From: Heptranchias perlo
Lineage: Eukaryota
Reading direction: 5' to 3'
Length of the DNA: 64,000 bases
Assembly: GCF_035084215.1 (NCBI RefSeq)
Contig: NC_090352.1
Span: 31,930,001-31,994,000, forward strand
Under the pieces are notes generated by a model. That model was not told where the DNA came from. It ran no database searches and worked only from the letters and a program-made list of their open reading frames with translations. Made by a program: the position numbers and the translations under genes. Numbering within the stretch: position 1 is the first letter of the stretch; each line of letters opens with the position of its first letter. Below are positions 1-13,500 of the stretch, piece after piece.

Positions 1-1224
1 CGCAGCATTCAGCTTTTTAAAAAAAAAACTTGACTGACTGTTGCTGTTTCTTTTTCATTTTCTTCTGTTCGCAGTCAGAAGGGACCAAACACTTGCCAAC
101 ACATTAGGTAGAAGATGTTTATCATTGCTGAGACAGGATATCGAATTGCTTATTATTTACAGTCCATGGTGAGACAAGATCAAAGCTTCACTCATTAGCA
201 TATTAATCAATTATATCAGTGCCTTTTTAAATTGGGTCAATTAATACATTTTGCTTTAAAAACCAAACATTTAAAAGTAACTCTTGTTTTCCAAATCCTT
301 TTTATGTAAAAATGTTCAAAAAAATCCCAAAACGTGTTATATCTTCCCCCCTGCCCCCGGAACCACAGGGTAAGTCCATTGTGTGTGGGGCCTATGTGAA
401 GACCATGCACTCCTGTTTAGATGTCCACCACAACTGCTGATCCCCCCACCCCCCCGGACCCCAGGAGCCCCCAAGCTGCATTGAAAACTGCCCGAGACCA
501 GAGAATGCATACACCTGCTTAGACACTGTCCACAGAATAGGAGGCCATGCCAAGTCCCATCCATGTCTCACTACGGTCTGCTATTAGTCGACGTTTGTGA
601 GTATTGCCAGTGTTTTTCACAAGGGCGATTATCACTCCATCCTTTGTGAGCACTGGGATTCACATTGAGGAAAGTACTAATCAGGTGGAAGATTTGTGGT
701 ATTCATTTTTTTAAAACTTACTCAATAATTGTGTCTCCTCCCAATTATATTCCCTCCGCTAGTGATGCACAACCATTCCCAGACATCCTGCCCTTGAGTG
801 AGAAAGAACCAAAATGAGTTACTCTCCAATTAAAAATTGATGCTTCCTCCATCCTCCTCCCGGAATCGCGTAGTTCATCAGTGGTTCAGAACAGACTCAT
901 CACTTTGTGAGAAAGAACACTTAATCACCTCACCAACTCTTCACTCCCAATAAAGTTCCGATCTGTCTAAGACTGGAACACTGTTTCCACGTCTGAGGAG
1001 GCTCTTCCAGTGTCTTTTTCACAGTCTGGGATGGGATACAAGGGAAAAAACATCTCTTCTGATCGAAAATACTCTCACTACTAGTTTCGATCCCCTCGCT
1101 CAAGAAAGAGAAACTTTCTTGTTTCTCTCTATTCTAATCAATATTACTATGCTCATTGTTCATCTGAACTTTCTTTCATGTTTCTCCTCCACAGATATAT
1201 TGCATGATATGTATCAGCCTTGCC

Positions 1225-1650
1225 TCACTTGGTAGCATACTTGCCTTTGAGTCAGAAGGTTGTCGGTTAAATCCCCACCCGAGACTTGAGCATACACTCC
1301 ACGCTGGCACTTCTGTGCAGTACCTAGGGAGTGCTGCACAGTCAAAGGTACTGTCTTTCATGTGAGATGTTAAAACCGAGGCCCTGTGCGCCCTCTCAGG
1401 AGGATGTAAAAGATCCCACTATTTGAAGAGCAGGGAAGGCCAACATTTATTCCTCAATCAACATCACTTAAAAAGAACAGATTATCTGGTCACTTATTTT
1501 TCTGCTGTTTGTGGGATCTTGCTGTGCATAAATCAATTGCTGTTCTTCCTGCATTACAACAGTGATTACATTTCAAAAGTACTTCATTGGCTGTAAAGAG
1601 TTTTGGATGTCCTGAGGTAGTGAAAGGCACTAAACTTCTTTCTTTCTTTT
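1225..1650 (+). mobile_element. tRNA-headed Deu-domain SINE (SacSINE1-like)
   Basis: A/B-box-like head, core GAGATGTTAAAACCGAGGCCCTG..AAAAGATCCCA, (TTTC)n tail. Confidence 0.8.
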
Positions 1651-2424
1651 ACATACCCTACTGCCCCTTCCTTGCATCCTCAATCCTAAAATTAAAACTC
1701 ATTGCACTTTCTCCAACTCTAACTCATTCTTTAACAGGGCAACAAAACTGACGCTCTTTGCCTTGGTCTTTCCCGCCTTAATTTATCTCATCTTCACTCT
1801 TATTCTTCTCAGCCTTGTTGGTATCCAGTAATATGGGTCTTGGCCCACTCAGATCTCTCAGTAAGGGCAAGAATAAACTCAACATAATTTGTACCAAAAG
1901 ACTCAATGACAGTTCAAAAACCGCTGCAAGTCAAAAGCTACAAACACATTCAACTAGGTTTGCATCCTTCCCCCAGCCCACTACATCCTAAACCAGGCAA
2001 GAGGCAGATGGTGGGACCGTGACGTCTGTTGTGAGGTTTGTTTTGTTGATGATGACAGTTCACTGAAAACCTTAACAACCTTGTCAATTATCGATAATGT
2101 CGCCACTGTATAAAACTCAGAAATAAGTGGAAAAAATGAACTTTTATTAAAAGTTAGTTTTTGATTTACAATTTCCAAATTTCTAGATAACCCACCCAAA
2201 AATACAGACCATTTGGTCAAAAGAAAAAGGGGCAGACATCATATCAACCCTTAATATTCTCCAACATCAACATGCTTATAAATTCCCCCCCTCAGAAATT
2301 GTGTAAAGTACTCCTTAATATACCTCTTATTGTGAGGCAGACAAAACACATCTTACAATGTCAGCCTTAGAAACAGGGCTTAATGTACATAATACATATA
2401 TTATTAGGTAGGGATGTTCCTGGG

Positions 2425-2740
2425 ACATAAAGAAAAAGAAAAGCTTGCATATCACATCTCAAATGTATCAAAAGAACTCAACAGACAATAAATTAGCTTA
2501 AAACGCAGTGACTGTTGGTATGCAAGGCAAATGCAGCAGCCATTTTGTGCAGTGATATGTCCCACATTCAGCAAAGACATGAATGGCCAGTTGATCTGCT
2601 TTGGTGGCATTGGTTCAGAGAGAAATAATTGTCAGGATACTACGAGAACTCCCTGCTCTTAGAATGCCACCGTGGGATCTTCGATAATCCATCTGATCCA
2701 CTGAACTGCTAGAAAGAAACTCGGTTAAACTTCTTGTGAT
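2425..2740 (-). mobile_element. Deu-type SINE, degraded
   Basis: Reverse similarity to 1225-1650. Confidence 0.65.
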
Positions 2741-3895
2741 TTTACAGAAGCCAAAAACAAAGGTTCTTTAGAGCAAACAGTTAGTGTGGGGTCAGACTTT
2801 TGCAATGTTTAATAATCAGATCTATTTTTATTGAAGCAATGACTACATCTACTTTGACTACATCTACACATTTAAAACCTCAAATTAAATTGCTGCCTTT
2901 CAGATCTACTTTCATAAAATAAGATTTTCTTTCTCCAAACATCATTAATCCTGTAAAAATCATTGTGCTCAATAAATGAAAGCAGAACTGCGGCACAACA
3001 GGGTGGCTGTGTTGTAATTATTTCTCACTAAACTGCTGCGTAAAAGTCCACATCGAGAGTGATTTAGTTAAATTAACCTGACATCTCTGGTTCACTGAAT
3101 CAGGTGGTGTCTTACTCATCTCCCTAAAAGGGAAAAATGACATCTTTAGATATCTTATTAAATCACTGATTTAAACAGCAGGGGGGAGGGGGAATTTTTA
3201 CCTGTGCAAAAGGCCTGTTTGCAACTGTACAAAAGGCATTTTCCTAGTGTTCAAGATTGGGCACAATTTTCAGGCAAGGTTGTGAACTTGCGCTCATGCG
3301 GAAAGAGTTAGCACACAGCTGAACTCTGCACACACCCGCACCTCTCCTGAGCAGTGACTTGTACTAGGACATGATTCCAGGGGCACTTGCAGCCCTCCAA
3401 TAGGGTATTCAAGTGTGAATCTAAGCAGTAAGGCCTTGAAATTACGCCATCTAAAGATTTGTGCACAAATTCTTAATTCAATCCTATGATTAGTCTTCTA
3501 TTTTAACTGAGACAATAACTTGTAAAATAAACAGGTTAATGCCTCCATTGAAATAGAGGATGAAAGAACTTAATACATACATGTTAAAATATTCGTACAC
3601 TGGTCTTTCTGCAGTGCAATTTCAAGACTTAAATGTTGCAGGTTATTCCACTGTGCAGGAAGATGGGAACAATCACAGCCAAGCCCAATTCTACTCTCCT
3701 CCAGCATCCACATACTGTACTTTCAGCAGGAGCTACTGGGTAACAATCAATAATGGGGGACCCTTATTTTTCACTCTTTAGCTTGTGGCCGGAGGAGCGT
3801 TAAGGCTAATTCCAGCACCTACTAGTTAAAGGAAGGAAAAAAAATCAAAATCGTTTCAAAAGCACAAATGCATCTCTACATCACAGTGACATCCT

Positions 3896-4463
3896 GGGTA
3901 GATTTTATCTATCAGGCGTCTGCCTAATGTTACCGGTGGGAGGACAGATCAATTTTGACGGGATGGGCCTCGTCACCATGGTGCTGGTGAGCTGCAGGCA
4001 GCAAATGGGCAGCTTGCTGGCTCTGGGCCAATGCAAAATGGATTGATCCAAAGGCCGACCCATATGTCCTCAGGAGAGGGGAGGGGAGCGATCGCAGAGG
4101 GTGGGTACCCACGGTGACAGTGGCCCAGGTCATTCTTGTGAAGCCCCCTGGTCCTGCAAAAACTGTTCTTTTTGGTGCCTCTGTTGCTGTATCACCCAGT
4201 AAAACTGGATGGAGCTTGCACAACGCACTCTCTGCCCAGTCGTCCGTCAGAATTGTAATCAGGATCTTACCTACATCATAGGACCCTGATTTGCATACTA
4301 AAAGGGGACTACTGCTTAAAACAGGTGGGTGCTTCGGCTGCCCAGCATAATGCCCCTCTGAGGATGGGGCGGGCTGGAGTGCTGGCGTAGACGGGGGTGA
4401 TGAGCCATTTTTGGGCCACTACTGCCACGCTTACGCTGGGAGGTCAGAGTTAAAAATCTACCC
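3896..4463. mobile_element. Non-autonomous DNA transposon (Harbinger-like)
   Basis: 11-bp TIR GGGTAGATTTT/AAAATCTACCC around a GC-rich interior; no intact TSD. Confidence 0.6.
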
Positions 4464-4518
4464 GTGTCAAATAGAGGAAGTGCCAATCTTTCTTTAATAT
4501 AGTGTTTTAAAATAGTTA

Positions 4519-4653
4519 GGCCAGGAAATTCCTCAGAGCTGCTCCCGCTCCACTCCTATACCTTCGCCGAAACTACGGCAGAAGCCCTGTTTACACAGGT
4601 AAATGGAGTTTCCGACGAAGTTACAGCAGGAGCAGTTGAGGAATCTCCCAGCC
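4519..4653. mobile_element. 135-bp palindromic PIF/Harbinger-type MITE
   Basis: Imperfect TIRs GGCCAGGAAATTCCTCA/TGAGGAATCTCCCAGCC; TTA on both flanks. Confidence 0.75.
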
Positions 4654-5262
4654 TTAGTTAAAATGAAATTTCTGAATCAAGGTCAGAGTCTGTTGGGAAT
4701 TAGGTCAGATAGTTTGATCTGGAAATTACACAGTTAAGGAGGCTTTGTTGTAGAAGAAATTCAAAAATTGGACATTATTTAAGACCTTGGCAGGTGTGGG
4801 ACCCAGATAGTTAGTGACAAGTTGTCCAGTAGCATCTCATGCAATAATCCTTTAGTATAATGTCTTTGATCTTGGGTGATTGACAATATTGTCTTTGGAG
4901 ACCAAGAAATTGTATGAGCTGTGTGTTCCCCCTGTCATCTTTAGTACTATCTAGAGATCTAAACTTCATGCTTTGGAGCTTTGTGTTATCTATGTACTAC
5001 TTTGCATTGTGAAAGTCTACACAAGACTTTCATTCAAAACTTCTGTTGCTTATCAAGCACTGCAAGAAATACTTTCCAGAAAGGGTATTTAGACCCTTGT
5101 GGGCTGATTCTATCTTTATATTTTTTAAGTCCTGTAGTTTCAGTAACCCTGCAGTATTTTACTGCTTTATGCATTATTCTACATGTAAACAAATGTATTA
5201 ATTTTAGCTTAAATATATTGGTCTGATGAGGTATTTTCTGCCTTTTGAGGTAAGGAGAACAT

Positions 5263-5655
5263 CGTGGGCAGTGGTTATGTTATTGGACTAGTAATCCAGC
5301 AGCCTGGACTAATAATCCAGATAATGCAAGTTCAAATCTCACCATGGCAATTTGAGAATTTGAATTCAGTCAAAAAAAAATCTGGAAATAAAAAGCCAGT
5401 ATCAGCAAAAGTGATCATAAAGCTGTCAGATTGGTGTAAAAACCCAACTGGTTCATAAATGTCCTTTAGGGAAGGAAACCTGTCGTCCTTATCCGGTCTG
5501 GCCTACGTGTGACTCCATTCCCACACCGACATGGTTGACTGTTAGCTGACCTCTGAAGTGGCTTAGCAAACCACTCAGTTCAGGGCAACTTAGGGATGGG
5601 AAACAAATGCCGACCTTACCAGCAATGCTCACATCCCAAGAATTAACAAAAAAAT
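5263..5655 (+). mobile_element. tRNA-headed SINE whose tail matches the LINE at 49.5-50.1 kb
   Basis: GGGCAGTGG..GTTCAAATC pol III-like boxes; tail GGGCAACTTAGGGATGGG..CACATCCCA. Confidence 0.75.
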
Positions 5656-5859
5656 TGCTAATAATATTCTGGTACAGCAACTGTGCTTTTTAATTATTTA
5701 CTCATCAGATCTTCATAGTTTAGAGGCAGTTTTATTTCCACTTTTCACCACTGGCAACCATCCTGGATTTTATTTTCCCCCAAACTCAAAGGGCAGTAGT
5801 ATGGTACATGATCCCCCACTTTGAATATGTCACTGTCCCATATCTGTACCTTGTCTGAG

Positions 5860-6365
5860 ATTATTCGTCCTGGATGGCCTCCCATCTTCCACCTTCCATA
5901 AACTTGTGTTCATCCAAAACTCTGCCGCCCATATCCTTACTTGCACCAAGTCCCGTTCACCCATCACCCCTGTGCTCGCTGACCAACATTGGCTCCTGGT
6001 CCATCAACGTCGCGATTTTAAAATTCTCATCCTCATGTTCGAATCACTCCATGGCCTCGCCCCTCCCTATTTCTCTAACCTCTTCCAGCCCTACACCCCT
6101 CCGAGAATTCTGTGTTCCTTTAACACATCCCCCACTTCCTTCTCCCCACAATTGGCGGCCTTAAGCTCTGGAATTCCCACACTAAATCTCTCCGCCTCTC
6201 TCTCCTCTTTTAAGACACGCCTTGAAACCTACCTCTTTGATCAAGCTTTAGATCAGCTATCATAATGTCTCCTTCTTCGGCTCAATGTCAATTTCTGTCT
6301 GAAAACGCTCCTGTTAAGTGTCTTAGGACTTTTAAACACACTATATAAATGTGAGTTGTTGTTGA
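5860..6365 (+). mobile_element. L2 LINE 3' end
   Basis: PITPVLADQHWL..DFKILILMFESLHGLAPPY motif; ATAAATG..GTTGTTGTTG tail. Confidence 0.85.
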
Positions 6366-7864
6366 GACTTATTTCAAGGTAAAAGTTCCAAGGTCAAATG
6401 GGACAGGGGTGGTTAGCCTTGGAGTATTCTTATTTTATTTATGATTCGTATAAGACTCCTACTATCAATTATCATTGTGTACTTGGGGACAGCAGCTAGG
6501 GTTTAGGTGAAGGGGAAAGAGCGAGTATAATATTATACAAGCCTTACTTAAATGAGGCTAGTAAACCAGTATATCTGTAACTCAATATTATATCAAAGTC
6601 AAAGATCCCATCTGCGGTGCATTAATCTCAGCTTGCCCCAGGCCACACTGAACTGAGTTTTATCTTATGCATTAAAAATGCCGTTTAATACAAACCCTTT
6701 CAATTGGGATCAATCTTATTTAATCCACAAGCAGTAACACATGGTAATAACAGTGTAATAAGATTGCTGCTCTTAGCAATGCATATGCACTACATGCCAT
6801 ACTGTATCAAGTCAACATTATGTCCTTTCCATGTGTAAGGAAAGGGTTAATCAGACTGTCCTGAAGCTTACTAATGTTATACTGCCATTGATTTCTCTTT
6901 ATATTGTAGTAATATTAATCTTTAGCCTTTGCCTGTTAAGCAGGGAAGTATAAGTCAATTTGAAGTGGGCCAGTGCTGACCCTGCAGCAATGGTCAATTT
7001 CAGGATGAAGTAATGAGACTTCATTAAAGATGTGCCATTGCATACTGAATCATTTGATAACAGTATGGGAAAACAGTTAGTTCTGCAAAGGAAAGCATCT
7101 GGGCTCACATCTACCTTTTTAATTGGTACGATACAGAAATAAAGACAGACTTATAATTAAAGATTTCACTTGGTAGTACACCAATTATCTGGAACAAGAG
7201 TGAAACTATTGATAAGGTAAAATAAGCTCGTTAGCTCAATGGAAAAAAAGAGCTCTAAGTAAGGAAAATAAAGTTATTCATAAGGGATAAGTCAATTAAA
7301 TTCTCCTTATACGGAGTTGTATTTTAACTTTTAATATAATTATGTTATGCGGAATTGTAAGGATTGTCACGTGGAGGGAGTAAGAGAAATGTAAAAAAAA
7401 CTGGCAGTTTGTAATGAGTAGTTGGATTCATAAAGTCCTAAGATACTGAGCTCAGAACTGCAACACATTTCAATCCCCAACCAAACCATTAGGTTTTGTT
7501 GCAAGTATAAGTACTATTGCATGTACTGTATGCTTAATGAACATATGACACCTGACGTCAATGTTCAAGAGCCTTACTGAAAACCTTGTTGGGAACAATT
7601 GGAATATTACAAGTTAAAAGATTTCCTTTCCCATCATTTAAGCTGAGATGATGAGTTCTGCTTATTATACATATAACCAGTAGAATCCTTCTTGTTTAAC
7701 ACTGTATTGACGTATTATCAGTGTAGTATTAGCAGTTCCTTTTCTTTTTTCCTCACCAATTGTCTCCATTAATTTTCTCACTCCTTCTTTCCTCAAGGCA
7801 TTTATTCCTCGCTGGGAGACAGTTCCACAGGTGGCAGGCACCATCTTGTACTTCATCCAACTGG

Positions 7865-8290
7865 GCATTGTTTACGTGTGACGTACCATGTCTCACGACC
7901 TCGGGACATGCAAAAGTCTTCACAGCCAATGCATTAGTTTTGAAACGTAGTCACTGCTGCTATGCAGGCAAATGCAAGAGCCAATTTGTGTACAGCAAGA
8001 TCCCACAAACAGCAGTGAGATAGTTGACCTGCTATTCTGTTTTTGGTTGAGGGATAAATGGTGGTTAACATACTGAGAGAACTCCCCTGCTCTTCTTCAA
8101 ATATTGCCATGTCCACCTGAACAGGCAGAGGACTTTGGTTTAATGTTTCATCCAAAAGATGACACCTCCAACAATACAACACTACCTCATTACTATACTG
8201 AAGTGTCAGCCTAGATTATGTGCTCAAGTCCTAGAGTGGAGCTTGAACCTTCAGGTGAAAGTGTGCTACCACTGAGCCAAGTTGACAATA
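7865..8290 (-). mobile_element. Deu-type SINE
   Basis: Reverse similarity to 1225-1650 (CAGCAAGATCCCACAAACAGCA, CCACTGAGCCAA). Confidence 0.8.
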
Positions 8291-8374
8291 GTTAGCAGCT
8301 ATCTTACTGTGGAGAGCAGACCACAGTCATACCTCATCCTGCCCTCATCTGCTGCCTACACTTTCTTGCAGGAA

Positions 8375-8940
8375 CCGCCGTTCCATCATCGTTGCTGGGT
8401 CAAAATCCTGGAACTCCCTATGTAAAAGCGCAGCGGGAGAACCTTCACCTCACGGACTGCAGCGGTTCAAGAAGGCAGCTCACCGCCATCTTCTCAAGGG
8501 CAATTAGGGATGGGCAATAAATGCTGGCCTTGCCAGCGATGCCTACATCCCATGAATGAATTTTAAAAAACCCACTAGACAGTGATCAGGAATGCCCTGC
8601 CTGGTTTCCCCCTCCATGAAGCCTCTATGACCTGGTCACACCTGATAAAGTCAGCTAACTCAACACAGATTGGAGATTGAACCTGGCATCTTCCTGTCTG
8701 TACAGCTCAGCTACTAACCAAATGAGTCACTGAGAGAGCCCCTTAGAGCAGCTCTCCAACGCTGGGTCAAAATCCTGGAACTCCCTTCCTCACAGCACTG
8801 TGGGAGAACCGTCACCACACGGACTGCAGCGGTTCAAGAAGGCGGCTCACCATCACCTTCTCGAGGGTAATTAGGGATGGGCAATAAATGCCGGCCTTGC
8901 CAGCGACGCCCACATCCCGTGAACGAATAAAAAAAAATAT
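8375..8940 (+). mobile_element. Two LINE 3' tails (8375-8570, 8760-8937)
   Basis: GCTGGGTCAAAATCCTGGAACTCCC..GGACTGCAGCGGTTCAAGAAGG..CACATCCC + A-tail, occurring twice. Confidence 0.85.
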
Positions 8941-9849
8941 ATAACAGGGCATGTAAGCACAAAATGCCACAATCACAATATTCAGAAACAGATGGTTACT
9001 AAGGTTCACTACACAGTAATCAGTTACTGAGGGCTTTTATTACTGGTTTCTGGTATCTGCGTTTCTAGACATTAGAGTTTTGTCCACAAGTTGCACGTCT
9101 TTGTATGTTCTGCATGCATTGCATATTGAATATGACAGTGATTAAATGCATAATGAGAATCTACTAGCTTCAGCCCACCTAATGTCAATTAGCTGCCTCC
9201 ATCACAAACACTTGCAGTGATTCATGCAGGTCACAAGTGTCACTGACCCATCTGTCACCACTGTCAATGCATCTGATAAATGCTGTCTTTCTGGTCACCT
9301 AAAGAGAAGTTGGATTGGCATGGTGAAAGTTGACTTTGCATTAAATCTGCAATGGGTGCAGAGGCACTGCCAGCAAACATATTTTACAACACAAAAAAAA
9401 GACTGTTGCAGCTGCTTACACGTCATCCAGCAAAACAAGAATGGGATGAAAAAGCATTTGGATTGGGGTGATACCAATATGACAACCAGGGCTCAGCTGA
9501 AATGTTTTCATACCAGTATTTTTGCACAACCATCTTTGTAACCAGAACAGAAGATTGATCAGTGTCAATTCAACTGCTACTGATGGTTCACTTTTCAATT
9601 TTTTTTCGGCTACATAGACTCTCTGGAGTCAATAGCTCAAGAGTAGGCACTGAACTATACAGGTTAAGGAGGTTCTACATTTGATTCCTGGCCTATGCTG
9701 GCTTAATTGCTGAGATAACACAACTGGATGGGGCGCTACAATTTCTTCGGTGGTTTTGGGCTGGGGGTGAAGCAAATCAACCAGAGTTCCTCTTCCTGAT
9801 CACTACCCAGTGATTCGTGCTGGAATGTGTGCACGGGTAAGGACAGGGG

Positions 9850-11402
9850 CTAATGAGAGCGAGGAACTTAAAGTAATTATCAGTAGATAAAAAGTACTTG
9901 AGAAACTAATGGGACTAAAGCCCGACAAATCCCCTGGGCCTGATGGGCTACATCCAAGGGTTCTAAAAGAGGTGGCTGCAGAGATATGGGATGCATTGGT
10001 TATGATCGTCCAAAATTCCCTAGATTCTAGAACAGATTGGAAGGTAGCAAATGTAACCCCGCTATTCAAGAAAGGAGGGAGAGAGAAAACAGGGAACTAC
10101 AGGCCTGTTAGCCTGACATCAGTCGTCGGGAAAATGCTGGAATCCATTATTAAGGAAGTGGTAACAGAGCACTTAGAACATCATAATATGATTAGGCAGA
10201 GTCAACATGGTTTTATGAAAGGGAAATCATGTTTGACAAATTTATTAGAGTTTTTTCAGGATGTAGCTAGCAGGGTAGATAAAGGGGAACCAGTGCACGT
10301 AGTATATTTGGATTTTCAAAAGGCATTCAGTAAGGTGCCACGTAAGATAAGGGCTCATGGGGTTGGGGGTAACATAATAGCACGGATATAGGATTGGTTA
10401 ATGGACAGAAAACAGACAGTAGGGATAAATGGGTCATTTTCAGGTTGACAGGCTATAACTAGTGGGGTAGCGCAAGGATCGGTGCTTGGGCCTCAGCTAA
10501 TCTATATTAATGACGATACAAAGCTAGGTGGGAAAGTAAGCTGCGGGGAGGACACGGAGTCTGAAAAGGGATATAGACAGGTTAAGTGAGTGGATAGGAA
10601 GGTGGCAGATGGAGTATAATGTGGGGAAATGTGAGGTTATTCACTTTGGTAGGAAGAATAGAAATACAGAATATTTTTTAAATGGTGAGAAACTATTAAA
10701 TGTTGTTGTCCAGAGAGACTTGGGTGTCCTGGTAGAAGAAACACAAAAGGTTAGCATACAGGTACAGCAGGCAATTAGGAAAGCAAATAGTATGTTGGCC
10801 TTTATTGCAAGGGGGTTGGAGTACAAGAGTAAGGAAGTTTTACTGCAATTGTACAGCGCTTTGGTGAGACCTCACCTGGAGTTTTGGTCTCCTTAGCTAA
10901 GGAAGGATATACTTGTCTTAGAGGCGGTGCAATGGAGGTTCACTAGATTAATTCCTGGGATGAGAGGGTTGTCCAATGAGGAGAGGTTGAGTAGAATGGG
11001 CTTATACTCCCTGGAGTTTAGAAGAATGAGAGGTGATCGCATTGAAACATACAAGATTCTGAGGGGGCTTGACAGGGTAGATGCTGAGAGGTTGTTTCCC
11101 CTGGCTGGAGAGTGTAGAACTAGAGGGCATAGTCACAGGATAAGGGGTTGGCCATTTACGACTGAGATGAGGAGGAATTTCTTCACTCTCAGGGTTGTGA
11201 ATCTTTGGAATTCTCTACCCCAAAGGGCTGTGAATGCTGAGTCATCAAATATATTCAAGGCTGAGATAGATAGATTTTTGGCCTCTAGGGGGGTTCGGGC
11301 AGGAAAGTGGGGTTGAGGTTGAAGATCAGCCATGATCTTATTGAATGGCGGAGCAGGCTCAAGGGGCCGTATGGCCTGCTCCTGCTCCTATTTCTTATGT
11401 AC
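9850..11402 (+). mobile_element. CR1 LINE, 5'-truncated, RT region to 3' end
   Basis: [46 protein letters not shown]; disrupted frames; TTCTTATGT tail. Confidence 0.95.
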
Positions 11403-12674
11403 TTAGAACGGTCATGGGTAAGGACTGCCACAGTAATATAGCTTGCTGACATTTAATGACTGTGCTCATGTAGGAGGAACGAGCAAGGTAGGAAACCCTG
11501 GCATGAATTACCTCCTGGAGACAGAAGGACGGCGGAATAAATGGGAAGTGCGTGTTGAAGGGAAGACTCTGGGATCTATAGCCACTTTTATTTGCTGCTG
11601 GTTTAATTTGGTTTCCAGAGGACTGGTATCTACGAGCTGGCTCCAGGTATTTATCCCTCATCCCAGTCTCAGATTCGTACACCCAATCTTTTGTGGGGTC
11701 AACCAGTCTTCCAATGGGATAAGGAAGCTGAATATAGCAGTGTAAGTGCTGGGAGAAGGTCGATGGGCATCAGTCTCCTGGAATTAAACTGAAACGACGC
11801 CAATATAAAAGCAGTTTACAGAGCTCAAGTTAGCCTCTGCAATAACAATTTTGTGCCTGCTCGGATGAGAAAAAAGTAGTCCCTGGAGGTAGTGGCCTGT
11901 GATGACATTACCACCATGCTGCGAGTTCAATCCAGAGAGCACAACCTACAAAATGCAACTCCTTCAAAATTTCAGCTAAGCTAAATTTCCTTTTAATCTA
12001 ATCTAAAACGAGTCTTACAGCAGCTGACCTTAGTTTAGTCTAGGATTGCCAGTGGCACCAACGCCCACTAAAACCAATGTAAAAGCAGTTACATTTGTAT
12101 TGGTAACCAACCGTATTAATACAAAATTAATTACAACCAGTCCTCTTAAGATTAGAAAGTACACTTCATTTGAACTCACTTGTGATCTGTAATTTTGTAA
12201 ATTGTGTACAATAACTGAAAAGAATAATGAATATGAGATAATTTATACTGTGGTGTAATATAAGCATCTATCTGCATACTTCATTATGCATATAATCAAA
12301 TGACATGAACTTTCTGGGTGTCAGATAAGCCCTGATTTAATTAGAAACAGATAAGCTGCTATATAATTAGGGACAAATAAGTTCATTTGGGCCACATGTT
12401 CATTTACATTACAAGAATATCCAATTTTCCTCAGTTCAGTTTTCACAGAATCAAAAGCAAAATCTTCACATAAACCACTTACTTATCTCAATTCACATAT
12501 AGATCAAATTCAGGCTCTGACTGATCGCAATCAACTTGGTACAAAATCAGTTCCCTGTCATTTTTATTATTAGTTGCAACTTGCTGTGCAATAAAAGCTG
12601 ACAGTGTTGACAGACTAAATATTTTCCTTCAAGCATCTGGTGTGAGTACATAGAGTTCCACTGTTAAGCTGTTA

Positions 12675-12856
12675 ACTTGAGTATATTCAAGACTGAGATC
12701 GATAGATTTTTGAAATCTAAGGGAATCAAGGGATTTGGGGATAGGGTAGGAAAGTGGAGTTGAGGTAGAAGATCGACCATGATCTTACAGAATGGTGGGG
12801 CAGACTCGAGGGGCCAAATGGCCTACTCCTGTTCCTATTTCTTATGTTCTTATGTT
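12675..12856 (+). mobile_element. CR1 3' end fragment
   Basis: Similar to 11240-11402; ends in (TTCTTATG)2. Confidence 0.85.
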
Positions 12857-12934
12857 AGGGCAAATGATTTGCTATTGTTGAGATCCCCTCAGAAATTGGC
12901 ATTTTTATTGCCTCTGGGATTTTTCATATTAAAT

Positions 12935-13500
12935 TTTGAATATAAAAGCCAAGAAGTAATAATGAGCCTATATAAAATCTCAAAATGACCTCAGTTAAGA
13001 GTATTGTGTGCAGTATTGGGTTCCACACAATCGGAAGGATATTAAGGCTTTAATGCAGGGTGCAACGCAGATTCACTACGATGCTACTTAGGATGATGAA
13101 ATACAAATAAGAAGTCAGACTTGAAAAATTGCAGCTTTTTTGTTAGAACAATGCAGATTATGGGGCGATATGATAGAAGTGTTTAAAATTATGAAAGCAT
13201 GGTACCGGGTAGATAGAAGCAGACGGTTTCCAGTAGCTGAGTCTAGACCGAGGGACCATAGATACAAAATTAAATGTAATAGATTTAGAACAGAGAGAGT
13301 TGTAAGGCTGTGAAATTCACTTCCAGGATCAGTGATTGAGTTGAAACTATGTTAACATTCAAGATTACATTGCATAGATAAATGAAGGAAAAGGGAATAA
13401 AGGGATATGGGACAGGGAAGGCAAATGTGATTAGGACTATTTGCTTGCATGGAGGGTAAAAGCTGGCATGGATTGTTTGGGCTGAATGACATTGATTGTT
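12935..13500 (+). mobile_element. Old degraded CR1 fragment
   Basis: Recognisable GAGTATTGTGTGCAG..GGAAGGATATTAAGGC and GATATGATAGAAGTGTTTAAAATTATG blocks. Confidence 0.75.

Noticed and set aside
838-862. Minus-strand MEEA as possible SGSM2 exon 2
   Set aside because: Flanks do not give VKQI..VTRKFVHED and there is no acceptor.
5264-5345. tRNA gene
   Set aside because: Only degenerate A/B boxes, no cloverleaf; it is a SINE head.
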